DNA of 64,000 nt from Phoronis australis (taxonomy: Eukaryota; Animalia; Phoronida). Below, one piece after another: positions 1-14,359 of this stretch (position 1 is its first letter; each line of letters begins with the position of its first letter). Below the pieces are notes generated by a model. That model did no database searches and was not told the DNA's origin. It saw only the letters and a list, made by a program, of their open reading frames with translations. The position numbers were made by a program, and so were the translations under genes. The stretch covers positions 319,868 through 383,867 of the forward strand of contig NMRA01000078.1 in assembly GCA_002633005.1 (NCBI GenBank). Reading direction: 5' to 3'.

Positions 1-66
1 TGGTGAACAACAGGGCTGGTGAACAACAGGGCTGGTGAACAACAGGGCTGGTGAACAACAGGGCTG
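1..66. repeat. 16-bp tandem repeat (TGGTGAACAACAGGGC) x4, truncated by window start
   Basis: Four consecutive identical units read directly. Confidence 0.95.
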
Positions 67-1506
67 ATGCACTCGTAAACAGAATTCTTTCATCAATAAA
101 CATGGCTTACTGATCCAATAAACCCAGTTCAATGATAGATACAAACAACGAAATGGTTCGGTAACTGCCAAAGACGATATCACATTCATAAAACAGCTTT
201 TGCTTCCAACAACACCGGTCCTGTTGGTGATTACGGTGGCCATGTTGTTCTGGTGGTCTACTCAATATAACGAGACCACCATGGAGTCGACATGCTTGCC
301 AGGTCAGTGACTTGCTTGCGGTATTTTCAGGGCTCTTGTTAAATTGGATAATCTTCTGCCCGCTTTTTACACCGTCATTAAGATAATTTACACAGCTATC
401 ATGTTGAATGTACCCTAATTACACTCTTATTTAATGAAAACTAAAATACCTGCATGGCTGCGCATTACTGTCAGTGTTCCTGAATTTCTTGGCAGTGTTT
501 TCACTGTTGGCGCATGTGAGTATTAAGGCCAATGAACGGTAGCATTTCGGTAAATAGTCCATAGTCCTTGGTTGGCAGACATGGCCTCTTTGTATAGTGT
601 TAGTAAGGCATTTAGCAAAATGGCACTAGGAGGCAAAACCCTCTGTGTAATTTCTGGTGCTACATGTTCTGTAAGCAAACACAACTGAGCTAACTAAATT
701 TAAAATTATGTCCAGCCTTGGCTGAAACATCAAAGATTAGAATTAAGTGTAAACTCTCCTGGAAACGTTTTCCGTAAAAATGCTTGGAAATCTTTTGTAG
801 AGAAGGTTTTGCTGTTATGTTTTTTCTTGAGCAGTTTATGGTCCTCGATGTAATTATCAATGTTTGGGAATCTTTTTAATCTTCATAAAGAATCTTCTTC
901 AAAGTCCTGATTGAGTGAAAAATCTGGACCCATGCCTTAAAGTGTTAGCAATCGTTTTTAAAGTTTTAACGCATTATTTGCTTTAAACTTAGTTTCAAAA
1001 AACTTAATTTTGTTTCGTTCCATCTGCTATTTTCCACAAAGTTTGATGCAAGTTAAGTAGCAGAACTATTGATGTGACTACGTAGTAGACTGAGAAGCTG
1101 TCTTAGGTTTTTCTGTGAAAAAGATTTTGTGTCGTCGCAGTAGGCTAGTAGGTTTAACTTGGCTGTTTATATGTTTCATAACAGATTTCAGTGTGTCTGT
1201 GATTAAATTGTCAACTAGTGGTCACTCTCAGTCTTTGTCCCTACTGGTGAAATTTAGTTGGTCGAGGAAGTTATATATTGGGACATTTTACGCTTAAGTT
1301 TGTCAGACCCCAGTTTGGAAAAGAAGACGCCTAAAATTCAACTGAAACATTTTTTGTGTGTGTTATACATCAAGATGAGTCATAGGTTTGATCCGGAGGA
1401 AAAATCCTGAAAGTTGCATGTCTTCACAGTATCTAAGAATGATCCCAGTTCAGGTTTTTAGTCGGACCATGGTTAAAATTTTGAGGACTCCTGTGAAGAG
1501 GTCTTT

Positions 1507-2871
1507 GGGGTCTGTTTCATGAAAAGAGACTTTTAAAAGTAATGTACTAAAGTGAGAAATTTGGTCTTATGTTCCACACTAAAAATAGTTAAATCTCACT
1601 TGAGCAAAAGTTCAAAGTCTCTAACAGTGTAGACATGACTGCTAGTTGATGAGACAATTTCTGTAAATTATTTCCAGGTTGTTAAAAGTGTTCATAATTC
1701 ATTGTTGTCTCTTGTAAAGATGTTTAAAAACGAGAGAAGTTACTTACTAGAAGACTGTAAGTTAGTTAAGCATAACATTTCAAAACTAGAGTTCAATGTG
1801 GAGAGGACCATTGGCACTCCCGTAAGATCAAAGAAGCCATTTACATTAAACATTGCAACCCCCCACTTAATCGTGACGAGGGACTACAACTCCTCCCATC
1901 TACGACAAGGTGTTACTTCCGGTTTCACAAGGGCGGGAAGATCAGTCATGTAATCAAGGGCCGAGCTGCAGGCTTTAAACGTTATGCTTAACTAGACGTC
2001 AAAATACAGCTAGATACCACTGTGTATTTCTTCCGTAGACTCCGAAATTGCTCACAGCCAGGGTAGTTCTGTCTGTCACCTCGCCGTGAAACTTGTATCA
2101 ACATGTAAAGCTAAACACCGGATGGGGTGCATGCAAAATCTGGGAATCAAATGACACTCACCTTGCCCGTTACAGCCGTTTAAGTGAAAAACAATGCAAT
2201 AAACATCATTTTCTTGCATAACTTTCCGCCTTTTCTAACAATGTCGTCGTTTTGAAACAGTATGCTCGTGTCTCGCACACGCGTCTTTTCCTAAATTTTT
2301 GCGACATTTCTCGGGAGATGATGATAGCTTGGCAGCAGCAAAATTTCTTCTGTAATTCGTTTTTTCAGTATCAAAACTCTAAAAACTTATAATGAATTGA
2401 AACCAGTTCCGATAATTTGTTGTGACATGTACGCGACCTCGTGAAAGAACAACAGTTGATTGAAGGTTCAGCGAAAAAAGAATCTGGTCGATAGGTGACG
2501 CAATATTTCATGGCGCCGAAAACCGTCCCTAAAGATCGCTCCACAACTTTAGCAGGAGAATAATGGTAGAACGCCATTTTCCAACACCGTTAAATAATTT
2601 AGTTTACTCAAGGAAGACTAGTTTTTAATGACTCTAATTTCGTGTCAGATTTTATCTTACCACTTTTTTACCCACAGCAGTGCAAAGGTGTATATTTAGT
2701 ATACAGCTTTGTACCAAGGCTACTAGTAAGTAACCTCTCTCATTTTTACTATTTCTAGGCTGTCATGCACTCATAATTACTTGGCTTAACCTTTTCTCAG
2801 CAAAACTGAAGTGTGAGCATAAGAGTAAAGTTGTGTCCAAGTCTTGATTTCACTTTCATAAAGCAGACCTC
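1507..2871. mobile_element. Putative non-autonomous DNA transposon with 18-bp imperfect TIRs
   Basis: Left GGGGTCTGTTTCATGAAA (1507) vs right TTTCATAAAGCAGACCTC (2854-2871), 15/18 inverted match. No clear TSD and no transposase ORF. Confidence 0.4.
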
Positions 2872-2985
2872 CAGATATGCTTTTGGTTAAACAGATGTTA
2901 TAAGCTGCAGGTATTACCTTTTGCTAATTACTGGGGTTAACTGCCAGCTAACTTCTCACCATGTATTACCTGTTGTTAATTACAG

Positions 2986-3157
2986 GTGCGAACTATGAAC
3001 CACCCCTCACCAATGTGTTCACCATGCAGTGGTTCCTTACTCTCTTTGCCACATGTCTCCCTGAGCAGACTGTGCTGAGGGTCTGGGACTCCGTCTTCCT
3101 CGAGGGATCAGAGATCTTACTAAGGACAGCCCTGGCTATATGGGGTCGACTAGCAAA
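2986..3157 (+). CDS. TBC1D30: TBC1D30-like Rab-GAP, internal coding exon (C-terminal part of TBC domain)
   Basis: ttacag|GT acceptor, AA|gtaagc donor. Encodes GANYEPPLTNVFTMQWFLTLFATCLPEQTVLRVWDSVFLEGSEILLRTALAIWGRLA, nearly identical to recalled vertebrate TBC1D30 (YEPPLTNVFTMQWFLTLFATCLP..TVL.IWDSVFFEGSEI). Confidence 0.95.
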
Positions 3158-3717
3158 GTAAGCCTTTGATGACAATTGACCGAGTAACTTTGATTAACCA
3201 TCTGCAAGGGCCAGTCTTATAGAAGGTCACAAAAACTTTCGTATGACGATCAAGCTTGATAACTGATGCTGGTTATTTTTTAATCATATTATATGCGTAA
3301 ACTGGGTTATTTTTTTAAATCTTTGATTTCGTTGCTTTATGCAAAATGACTCGAGCTCCCCTACATTCCAACTATTCACATTACATTGAATAACTGGAGT
3401 GAAAATTCTCCAATTTATGGCTGTGAAAAATAAATCCTCAAGGTCGCAGCTTGTCCCAAAATCTAGTAGTAGCAAACATTGGCCGTCCCAAAGTCAAGAA
3501 TCACTGGAAAGATGGCAAAATTACCCACTCTGTGTGTTGAAAACATATTGTCATAAATTTGAGAAATATGACCCGTGTCCTCATTCCCAGAATCGAAAAA
3601 ATCAAATTTCCTGTAAGTTTCAGTGTCCCAAATTATAGAGACTGTCCCATATTGGAGAATTTTTACCGTACCTGCTGTGTCGATTAGTCTTCTGATGTTT
3701 TTCAAATTAAAGTGACA

Positions 3718-4008
3718 ATATTAAAGAAAACAACAATGGTTTTAAGTCGACTTGACATGTTTCGGTGTCATTTATTCAAACACCATCATTAGAAGAGAGA
3801 ATGCAGTGGCCACCTAGCTAGGCCCAACAACAAGTAATGAAGCACAGGCACCTTGTCACTCTCTATAACTGACTGTATCTGTACTTCATTACTTGTTGCT
3901 GGGCCTAGCTAGGTGGCCAATGCATTCTCTCTTCTGATGATGGTGTTTGAATAAATGACACCGAAACATGTCAAGTCGACTTAAAACCATTGTTGTTTTC
4001 TTTAATAT
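3718..4008. mobile_element. Palindromic (foldback) MITE, about 130-bp near-perfect arms around a short spacer
   Basis: ATATTAAAGAAAACAACAATGG...CAAGTAATGAAG is mirrored by CTTCATTACTTG...CCATTGTTGTTTTCTTTAATAT with only a few mismatches. Confidence 0.85.
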
Positions 4009-4447
4009 ATGCTGGTACTTGCTATCATGGAGATCTTTTGATAAAGTGACAATAAAGTTGCGTTCTGTAAAATAAAATTGACACAGCCAACTTACCACTA
4101 TAAAATTGGTCTTACTTGTTCCTAAGTCAGATTAGAAATTAGTTTTGGTCTTGTTATTTTTCGAGACCATGCTGAGCAAATTAAATATGACTCTCCTCTA
4201 CACGTGAACCTATGGACACTGGTCTCCAGCAATAACAAAATGTAGTTCTTTCCAAGCACGAAAATGCTATCTTTACTTAGGAACAATAATTTCAGGTCTA
4301 TTTCACAGCATATTGTCAAAAAATTGTGGTGGAATCCAAGTTTATAGGCATTTGAATTATCTAAAAAAGTGTTTTGTTACCCAGAACTGTTGTGTTGTTG
4401 TAAAAGCAAAAATCACATTCAATATTACTTTGAACTTTTTTGGACAG

Positions 4448-4553
4448 GCGAATCCTTCAAGTAACGACTGCTGACCAGTTTTATTGCATGATGGGAACGC
4501 TGAGCCAGGAGATGTTGGATGACAAGATAATACGCGCTGACTCTCTAGTCAAG
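4448..4553 (+). CDS. TBC1D30: TBC1D30-like coding exon
   Basis: tttttggacag|G acceptor (phase 2, matches previous exon), AAG|gtatac donor. Encodes RILQVTTADQFYCMMGTLSQEMLDDKIIRADSLVK, similar to recalled TBC1D30 TADEFYSTMGRLTQEML. Not in the ORF track. Confidence 0.92.
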
Positions 4554-7397
4554 GTATACGTGAATTTCATACCATAGATGGAGCTAGTCTCCGCCTTATT
4601 TCTGATGTACTGAAATCTGCTGCTCAGGTCTGGCTCAGTCATGGGGGGGTTCTTATGAAGGGGGACGCTAGGGGAGGTACAGAGAACTGGGGTGCATTAG
4701 GTAGGCTAGCATCTTATGTGTTTGCTGAGATTACACAAGGTCATAGGTCATGCGGGATTACTGTTGTGTAATGCAAGATCTTAATAGAGTCACGTAACAT
4801 CACGCTTAGTGTTATCTAAGATGTCACTAGACTTTGCGTATACGCTTACAAATTGGACAAGTGTAAAGTAGCCAAATGGCCACCACTTACTGTGATTGGG
4901 TGACTGTTTTGAAATATCGAATTATTTGAGAAAATGCTACGTAGACCCATTATTTATGTCACATTTCTTGTCGCAAATATCGTGTGGGTGTCTCATGTTG
5001 AACAACACATCTCAGATGACCCTAACTCAATAAGAAGCATTAACAGACAGCAACAAATGTCAACAGTGACCGCTGGCATGAAATTAGAAACTCTACTGCT
5101 CTCTTTATTTTTTCCGCATGCTGTGGACTTTGTTTACTCGCTAATGTTATTTTGCGCATAGATTTTGTCTAATGTGGGCTCCACTCTTACTTACTAGGCA
5201 TGTCGAAGGCTCCTCGCTGCTGCCACCTTTTGGCTGTTTATGATTTGTAGTTGATAAGCTGTCCTGTGAGAGAAAATTAAGTAAAGTTTGCCGGTAACCT
5301 TCAGGTGTTATCATTAGAAACTATCGCGTTCTAACTAATAACACACTGCCCAACCATTATTACAATGTCCTTGAACTAGAAGAATTGCTTGAAGAAGTAC
5401 CTGCTTACTTTCAGTGTTATTAAGAATTCAGTCCTGAGTTCACTCTTGGTATTTATCAAAGCCGAAAATTGACCTAGTTACGAATACAAAATAGAATAGC
5501 GCGAGAAAGGACAAATGTGATGAAAATTTAGGGAACATAGTTGATCACATTGTTTTGTTTTTGGCCAAAATATTAGTACGGACTTTAAAATCAGCGCATG
5601 TGACTAGAATATTGTGAACATTTGTGTTGAGAATGGTTTAGTGACAATAAACCAAAAATGTCGATTAACATGTCATTAGATATATGCTGATTTTAAAGTT
5701 TGAACGTAGTTGGACTGTTTCGTTGAACCCTCTGCACACTGCTGTCTGGTGACCTGGTGACGTTTTATTGGTTGACAGTTTGAGAGTGTTATTAAAACAT
5801 CATACCATGTTTTCGAGTGCCTTATGTAGCAGACACATCATCTGGCAATTGCCAATATCAAGAGACTCAAGAATGGTTGTCCATGATGCAGGTGCTGGCT
5901 CACATGAAATATTATAAAGAATGTCTGCTTCATGAGATTTAAAAGTACATTCATTGATGACTTGGCTATAGTCGGATATAACACATCCGTATTTTGAGAA
6001 CCAGTTTGATGCCCGTTATTCAGTGTAGAAAACTAAAATTAATGCAGGCATGTTATAACTGATCATTACCGATGACTTTGTGTTTTGTATTTGAGATCAG
6101 CTTCAACTTGAGGAGGACAAATCCAAACACGAAACTTCTGGGGTCACAGTCCAACACTGCTAAAAGCCATTGTGGCCTATAGCTGAGTGTTTTAACATGC
6201 CTGTGAGAATGAAAATACGATAAAGTTTAGCAAAATTAATATATTTGTCCCAAATCAAAGCATTTTTGTGGTAAAGGTGGCCACAGTCATGGATTTCTAA
6301 TAAAATTGCAAATTATAATAAAACAGACACTACGCACACTCATGAGATGGATAGGTGAACTAGTTTTAACTAGTATAGTTTTTCATTTTTTTAATTTTGC
6401 TCGCTCACTTTCACTGCAAGAAGATTTTGATAACGTAATTTAAAATAACTCTTTTTTTCTGCATGGAAATACTTGGTTTGCAGACATATTTTATGGTGTT
6501 CAAAATGAGAAGTTAAGCAATCATCAGTTGTAGGCGATCAAAAGAAAAATTGGTGAAATTCATCTGTGACCGCAGATGTTAATCCGAAGTGTTATGGTAT
6601 GTAGGGAGAGTTCAGGCTTTATGTACTAAGGGGAAGTTGTTCCAGCTTGCTGCTAGAGGGCACCGGTTACGCTGCCATGACATGAGTTTAGACGTTAAGT
6701 GAGACTGATGGTTCCTAGATGAAGAGGACAGTCATTAGAATTAAGTCCCTGATGAATTGCCATAAGCTCGGTATTAAACGTTAATTCATAAGTGGTAGAC
6801 ATGTTAATGATTAACTACAGTGTAAAGGCTTATTGTAGTGGAGTTTAGTCTGACTGTCTGGGTTTTGTATTGTCTTTTGCCAATTAGATACGAAAACCTA
6901 TTAAGGACTGAACGTTTTAGTGTAAGACCCTAGAAAAAATCCAAAATTTAGCTAATTTTGAACTGTAACCAGCATGACACGTTGCTTTTGTGTTTTTATT
7001 ACAAATCACCAGTCATTTGGTAGACTGAAGTCGAGGCCGATAACCTTTATTGGATAAATAATTTGTACTTATAGTACTTAAGTACTTGCCACTTTTAGGT
7101 CTTGTAGCAGAGCTTTGTACCAACACCGCTGAGTATTTTGAGTAATGGCGCTGAATCTGTCTTGTAAGGGGTCGTAAATACACCATATTGCCACCGAGAA
7201 TGTCACTTTAACTTTTTGTTGAAAAATCCTGAAATACTGGTTGTGCCAATGGTGTGTATAGACTGAGCCTGCTAGATCCAGGTTTGACCGACCCATTGAT
7301 GACCTGAATTAGAATTTTCTTATCCGATTTGTCTTGTACGGTTTGGTATTATAACTGTTCTCTCAATTGGTTTTTACGTTATACTTTTTTATACATG

Positions 7398-8725
7398 CTT
7401 TTTATGTACCCACATATTTATATATGGTTGCATTATGCTGTCATCCTTGTCTGTTCGTCCGTCCGGCATTCGGCGTCTGCTGCTCTATCTCCATGAAATT
7501 TTGCACGTGGTCCTTTCATGGATGGGACAATTTCATTTTTTCCATTTTCCTCTGTTTCTGATGATGATTTTTGGATGCCTCTGACTACTCTGGTGCCTAC
7601 TAGTGGCCTTATTTGTTCCCAAATGCCGTACAGTATTTGACAAGTGTATTTATGTAGAGTTGACGACTAGTGGCAATTTTTTTTGTTGTCCTCTGTGTCT
7701 TTGAAACTACTTGATGGAGTTTTATAAAATTTAATAAATAGGTTTCTATTAAGGAGACCATGGCATTTTCCTGTTTTTGGATAGATTCAATGTATAGCGG
7801 CCGTTTTTGTTGTCATGAAATTTTGTAAATATGTTTCTTTTAAAGAGATGATGACACCTTCTCATTTTGGGACGGATTTGACGTATTCTGCATCATTTTA
7901 ATTATTTTTTAGTTTGTTTTGACATCACCCTCTCCATCCACCAAACCACTTGAAGGGTCATTAAAATTTGGAGATGTGTTCCTGATGAGAATACCGAGGC
8001 TGACGTTGATTTTCGGACGTGTTCAACTACTCTGGCACCCCCTAGTGGCAATTGTATTTGTTTGCGTCCGCGACCATCTCCGTCACCCGTTGCAAGATCT
8101 TTGTAAATTTTAGCAGATGTGTTCCTATGGATATGGCAACAGATGACGGTGAGTTTCAGACCAATCCAACGACAGCTGTGCTCTCTAGTGGCAATGTTTT
8201 TTTAAGCTTACCACTGTAACCTCAGAGTTCCTAGATGATTTTTCACGAAATTTGGCAAACCAAATTTCTATTATGAAGACAACAGCACCTTTTCTTTTTA
8301 TGATGGATTCGACGTATTCTTCACCAACTAGTGGCCTTTTTTTGCCGTCTGCTTCTGTATCTGTCAAATTATGCAGAGGATCATTATGAAATTTGACCAG
8401 ATGTGTTCCTACTGACAAGCGCATGACTGACGTGGGTTTTCAAACAAGTCCAACTACTGTGCTACCCCCTAGTGTCATATTTTTGCATCCACCATATCTC
8501 CTAAACCCCTTGTAGGATATTTTTGAAACTTTGCAATTATTGCATTCCTGTTAACTTGACATCAGGTGGACGAATTCGACTACCATTGTGGTTCCTAATC
8601 GCAGTGTTTATGTTTGCCTTTGTATCTTTGGGAGTTCTTTGATGGATTTTCATGAAATTAGTTTTGAGAGACGGTACCTTCCTATTTTTGGATGGGTTCA
8701 GTGTATTCTGTGCCATCTAATGGCC
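7398..8725 (+). mobile_element. Degenerate repeat with GTCC-type microsatellite head and about 140-bp diverged tandem units (Helentron/DINE-like non-autonomous element, inferred)
   Basis: Head TTTTTATGTACCC...GTCTGTTCGTCCGTCCG. CTAGTGGC-like motifs recur near 7600, 8042, 8185, 8328, 8469 and 8717, with ATGAAATTT and GTGTTCCT motifs between them. Confidence 0.5.
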
Positions 8726-9659
8726 AGTTTTTTGGGATACAGATAAACACACCGAGAAGCAACACTATTTGCTGTGCCGTCGTGAGTGCATAATGAACGC
8801 TCCGCGTTGCTCCTGCTGTGATAAAGTGAGAGCTATTCTTTTTCCTGTTTTTTCGTCGACAGTCTTACTAGCGAATGTAGGTAAGGGAGTGAGTGATTAA
8901 GAACCTGGATGTCATCCGCTGTGCTCGTATTTTCTTTGTTGACAGTTGTTGAGCGGCCTAGTATTCAATGTGACAAAGTTGAAATCTATGTTGGCTGGGT
9001 GAGTGGCATGCCATCTGTAAAACTTAAATTGATGCGGTGAATCCACTGTGAGCCTGAATTCGAAATAATGTGTGTGAACTTCCTGAGCATTGGTACAGTG
9101 ATACTGGTTAGTTATAGTTAAGCAGATTTATGGATAGGGGTGTGAGTGAGTACCGTCATTACCATTGTTGGAGCTGCTGTTTGTAATTAAGAATTTCCAA
9201 TTTCAACTCGACGTAATTGCCTACCTTATTTGTTAATGGTGTTAAAACTGCCATGATTGCTGGCAATTGGTGCTGGTCAATATTTGGCCATGTTTTGAGT
9301 GTGATCGTTATCGCTGGAAGATGACGTATTAGTTTCATAGTAATGAGGATAATAAGTTTGGTCAGTTACGCTAACCACCACCATTTCCTATTTCGTTGAA
9401 TCCTATGTTGATATCAGCAATAAGTTTAAAGCGGTCAAGAGGCAAATTTTTTGTTTTATTTTAGATCTCTTTCGACTAAAAAACTGTCCTCCACTTGTCC
9501 TGGCTCAGATGAGAAGTGGTTTCTGGATTTGCAAGGAACTGAGAGATATTCCTTGAGACCACGCTCTACGCGTAAAATGACGGGCCGTTAGAAGCCAACT
9601 TGTAGAGGATCATCTAAAGCAGTAATCAACTGCCAGTTGTTTTAAAGCCTTGAAATCAC

Positions 9660-9905
9660 CAGGGGTTGGAATTTTCCTCTTTTAAGAGGATTTCCTCTTT
9701 TTGGTTTCGATTTCCTCTTATTTGATTTCTAGTTTTATCCTTTTTCGTCTCTTTTTATTATTCTTTTGACTTTATTCATGCAAAATGTTTACTTCACTAA
9801 GTTTTAGGAAACAAAAAATATTTCTATCACACAAGCTTATTTGTGGAATGATACATCATCTGGAAAATTTTCTTCTTTTTTTCTCATTGGTCATTCCAAG
9901 CCTTG
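9660..9905. mobile_element. hAT-like MITE (CAGGG(G/C)TTGGAAT TIR family)
   Basis: Left CAGGGGTTGGAAT, right ATTCCAAGCCTTG. Shares the end TGGTCATTCCAAGCC with the element at 41193..41573. Confidence 0.6.
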
Positions 9906-12900
9906 AAACACCTCTGATTCAACTAAGGAACAATTTGAGACCAATTTCCAAACGGTATGTGGTCTAAGTCACAAGTTGATTTTTGTGATGGAAAGCGGGT
10001 TTGCGGCTTCTTTCAAGTCCCTTCATTACCAGGGGAAACAACTTCTTACAATATACTAAACGTCTGCCTTTGAAACTTTAAATTTAAGTCCTTGATGATC
10101 ACAGCCAGCATGAGCGTGATCACGTACGTGATCACTAAGTGCCGTTCACATGTACTAAAATACCGGAAATAGTGCAAGTGTTTATTCCAGTTTCAGTGTA
10201 CTAGTATTTTTTGTACACTGTTAAGCAAAATACCGGAATCCACAGAGTACCTTCAGTGTTGCTGTAATTTTTTCCGAAAAATTTCTGCTGATGTCATTAG
10301 TCGTCTGTTACCCGACCGTCTGTTCGCACATGCCAACTAGCCAGGGGTGATGGCACAAAAAGTGTAATAGTTGCGAGGCTTGCCACTAGGAGTGACATAA
10401 CTTGCTGGACTTTACAAGCTATTTGAGAACGGCTTACATCATAAGGTAACATTAAACTAACGGCGAATTTTCAGAATTTTCAAACAAAAAAGCATGATCG
10501 TATCTTGCAATAATGGGAATCAAAAGCAATGTTTAGTGACTGTTTATGTTTTTGGCAACTGGGTTTCACTTTAATAATTCTTGAAAATTGTCTGGTTGCC
10601 TTTCTTTAACTTTTAACTCATGAAATGTTGTTGATTTTCTCAACATGTTGATTGCACAGTTCATGGAGTGCCAATTGGTGGATAAGATGGTCTCGCTACC
10701 TGGTGACTGGTTTTGGTAGCCAATGTTTCTCAACAATCACGATTTTCACAGGGATTGCAGTAATTGCAAAAATAAATGAAATTTTTGCATGGAATTGATG
10801 ACTCTGTGCATTCAGTTACTTTTAAAATTATTGTGTCTAGCATTAACAGTTGAAACCATGAGCCAGTCGACATCAAATATGTCTGCTAATAAATGCTAAA
10901 TAATGACTGCTTAATTCCCAGCCCAAATGAGCTTTCATTGTTTGTCCCTGCCCCTGGGCTCTTCCTAGTAATGGCTCTGCCGAGGTGAAATGGCTCATTC
11001 AAAATCACAGTTAACGCAAAGTTATTTTAAGTGAATGTTTTTTTTCGGAAATTAGACAGGTGCTTACAATTTCCATCTTACTCAGGTGCTCTGTCATGGA
11101 GTGTATGTGTTATAAATATGCTAGTTAATTTGCGACGTGGCGTGCCACCCGCAGGCATAACAATCCATCCACCAACTTCTCAGTAATTGGTATCCATTAA
11201 TATATGCCAATATTAAAAAATGACAGAATGGCCTCTGATATTACCACAACAGACACACTGATAATGGTGTTAGTCAACTTATGCCTTGGTTACTATCTGT
11301 AGAGTTGGAGTAATCTCAGTTATACGGATAAGGTAATTGTTAACCTGAGAGGAGTTTTTTAAAATACGGTACACAATATTTACCTATTATATAAAATTAT
11401 ATCTTAATTGTGCTGTTGCTGTCCATTACATTGATTTTAATGCATAATTTATACGGTAAGTGTGTGAACTGCTAATGCGATAACTTCTTTTGATTTCAAT
11501 TACGTGGCAAATCTTTATCTCCTGGTCATTTGATTTCGAAAGCTTTTTGGCAGTTTTGAACACTTTTTTGGTCGATTTGCGTGAAATTCTGCATTCGTAT
11601 TTGATGGTCGGTGGTGGAGGTAACCATGCCGTAGGCAGACTTTTTTGCACAAGGGAGATGTCGGCCATCAGAAATGAAGACTTTTATCGAAAGAGTTGAG
11701 ATTGGGATATAGACTTGGCAGTTCTTAAAACTGTCAAAATAGCTGCTGATGCAGTATTTGTATGCGCCTTGTATGTAACATTGAGTTCAATGATCCTGTC
11801 GGTGATCGTAGTTATTGAACGTGGGATGACCCATATTGTCTGTCTCTGAAACTGGGTACCAGCCCCAACCTGTGAGCCACACATCCTGGTCGTGAGTCTT
11901 CTAAAGCGAAAGGGGACGATTTTCTGTTAACAAGTTTTGACCCGATGTAGTTTCCATAGAGAAGTGACACGAGTAGGACCTATGATGATGGAATCTACAG
12001 GACTCGGGGTGTAATCTTTGTGCTAGAAATGGAACTGAACATTACTTTTGTCTTGTTCCACTTTGTGAGGGCTCAAGATAAGAGTCAGTTTTTCTCTGCT
12101 CCAGTATATTTTGTTTTATGCTGATGACCCCTGGATATGAGATGTGAACTCGAGTAAAATTTGAAATTTCCGAGTTCAGACTAGAACTTTCAGTGTTAAT
12201 GGTGGGGTCATCAATCACAAGCCAGGATTTGAAAGTTGTTCACGTAAACCATAATGTACTCAAACAAAGAAAAGTAGACACTTATCTTGAGTTCACACAA
12301 TAATTCAACAAAAAATGTGAAAAATAATTTTGAGTTCAAATTCGAGTACCTCAATACATTGATTTCTGTCCTTACTCTCCCCCTATTTTGCATATTTTTT
12401 AACTTAATATGCACAACAATATTTACATTATATACAATGGGATGGTGTGCATCATGGTATAATCAGTTGGTGAAATTGTCATTTTCTAAATTTTAAGGGC
12501 TGGTTATCTATTGATAACACCTGTCTTTATTATTGGCAGTGTTAAGAACTTAAAAATAATCTCAGTAACGAGGAATATGAATTTAAGTTTCTTCGTTATT
12601 CAATATTGCCGTTATTTTAAGTCGAATACCTGCCATTAAATCAGGTGCTTCTTGTGACAGCTGTACTGTTCGAATCTGATGTAGGAATTTAATAAGATTA
12701 AATTAAGTGAAAAATTACTATATTAACCTAAGCTGGAAGATACGGAAATTTTTTTGCAGTTAAAATTGTTAACTGACAATGGTGGTTTCTTTATTCATTT
12801 CAATAAATTGTGAACGCCTTATATTTATCTGGTATGAAAACTACATATTTGTCTACTATGGAAACTCCATATGGTTAAAAATGATTTAGCACATACAGGA

Positions 12901-14136
12901 AGTTCAATTTTATTTTGTATTTTTCTTCTTTGTGCCATTCTCTTACTAAATGCTCTAGACAGGCCTTTCCCACCACTTGTTGGCTATGACCACATTTTCC
13001 ATCATTTAGTATGTTCCTTTGTTATTTTTGTCAGCATAATTACAATAATTTTCCCATCATCCTGTATCAATTGTGCATTGTCATGACCTATGAACAGTAA
13101 TATTGTTCCACTTCACTGCCTCTGTTGCTTCAGAAAGCATCAAATGGGCCACAGACTATGAATGAGGGGCCCAGGCTAGTTACTGGAAATACTGATGGAA
13201 GTGTCTACAGTTGTAGTTTCCCATGTTATAATTGGCGGAAATAAGCCCAGTATTTTAGGTACTTTTTACCAAGAAAAACTTTGGGAGTCTGACTTCTAGC
13301 AAATCGTGTTTTGCTGGAAATTTTTGGGCATTTGAAATAGGGCGCCTGACGCTAACCGTTATTTAAAAAATACTATTTCCAAATGACTCAACAAATGCCG
13401 TGAAGAACGTGTTTTTTATGAAATGCTATCTCCAAAAAACTTTGAACGGAGAAAAACAGTCAACAATCACGAATTCCAGATGTTTCGCAGGAATTTTTAT
13501 TTCCACTAATCTGCCATGGAGGGTAAAAATTATACTTACTGTGTTCTAGGGATTTGAGAACCAGTTTTCTCTACTGAGTGTTGGACATCAAACTGGTTCT
13601 CAAAATCCAGGAGCCCTGCAATTAACTATGGCCAATTGAGAATCACAGTAAGTTCCTGTAGGCTTCTGTCAGCAGGCCTTGAAAGGACATCTGTGAGATT
13701 GATAACATTTACAGTAGTAAGTATCTGTTGGAGCAACAGCCTGGCTGGGAATTTTAAGGTCAAAGGTCACCTCAGAATACCAGCTAACTTGTGTGTACCA
13801 ATGCCAAGATTTTGAGTAAAATTTATCTGAAAAATAACCGAAGTTACTATTTCAGGCAATTTTCAGATGGTTGAAGTGTCCTTTGGCCTAGGTTACACAT
13901 GGTGGTGTTAATGCAGACTTACTTACTTCATGTATTTCAAGCACACTGCACACTTGTTGATTTTGAAATTCCCCCTTGAACTCCTCCGCAGGTGTTCTAC
14001 ACATACCTACGCACCCCTGCACAGGTTAGCAATGGACCGGTCCATTTTCCCACAGCTATTGTGATGTCTGCTACCAGCATCAGTGAGTTATATACAGTGC
14101 ATTGTGTATATTAAGCCTGTTAACATGTGATTGCAG

Positions 14137-14359
14137 GTTATCTATTCCATGGCTCCTATGCCACTGCCACAGCTCAGTGAACTGCGGGAGAAATACACCT
14201 ACAACATCACGCCATTCACGGCAGCCATGAACAAGAGGAAGACGGGCGATCACAAATCCATCTTCAGCGAAGAGGAGTTGGACGATGAGGATCTTATGAA
14301 CGTCTCGTGTTTCACAGGCATCATGGGCCCACAGGTGGCAGGCACGCATGCCATCAGAG
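14137..14359 (+). CDS. TBC1D30: TBC1D30-like coding exon
   Basis: ttgcag|GTT acceptor (phase 0), AGAG|gttagt donor (phase 1). Encodes VIYSMAPMPLPQLSELREKYTYNITPF..., matching recalled TBC1D30 VYSMAPFPFPQLAELREKYTYNITPF. Confidence 0.95.
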
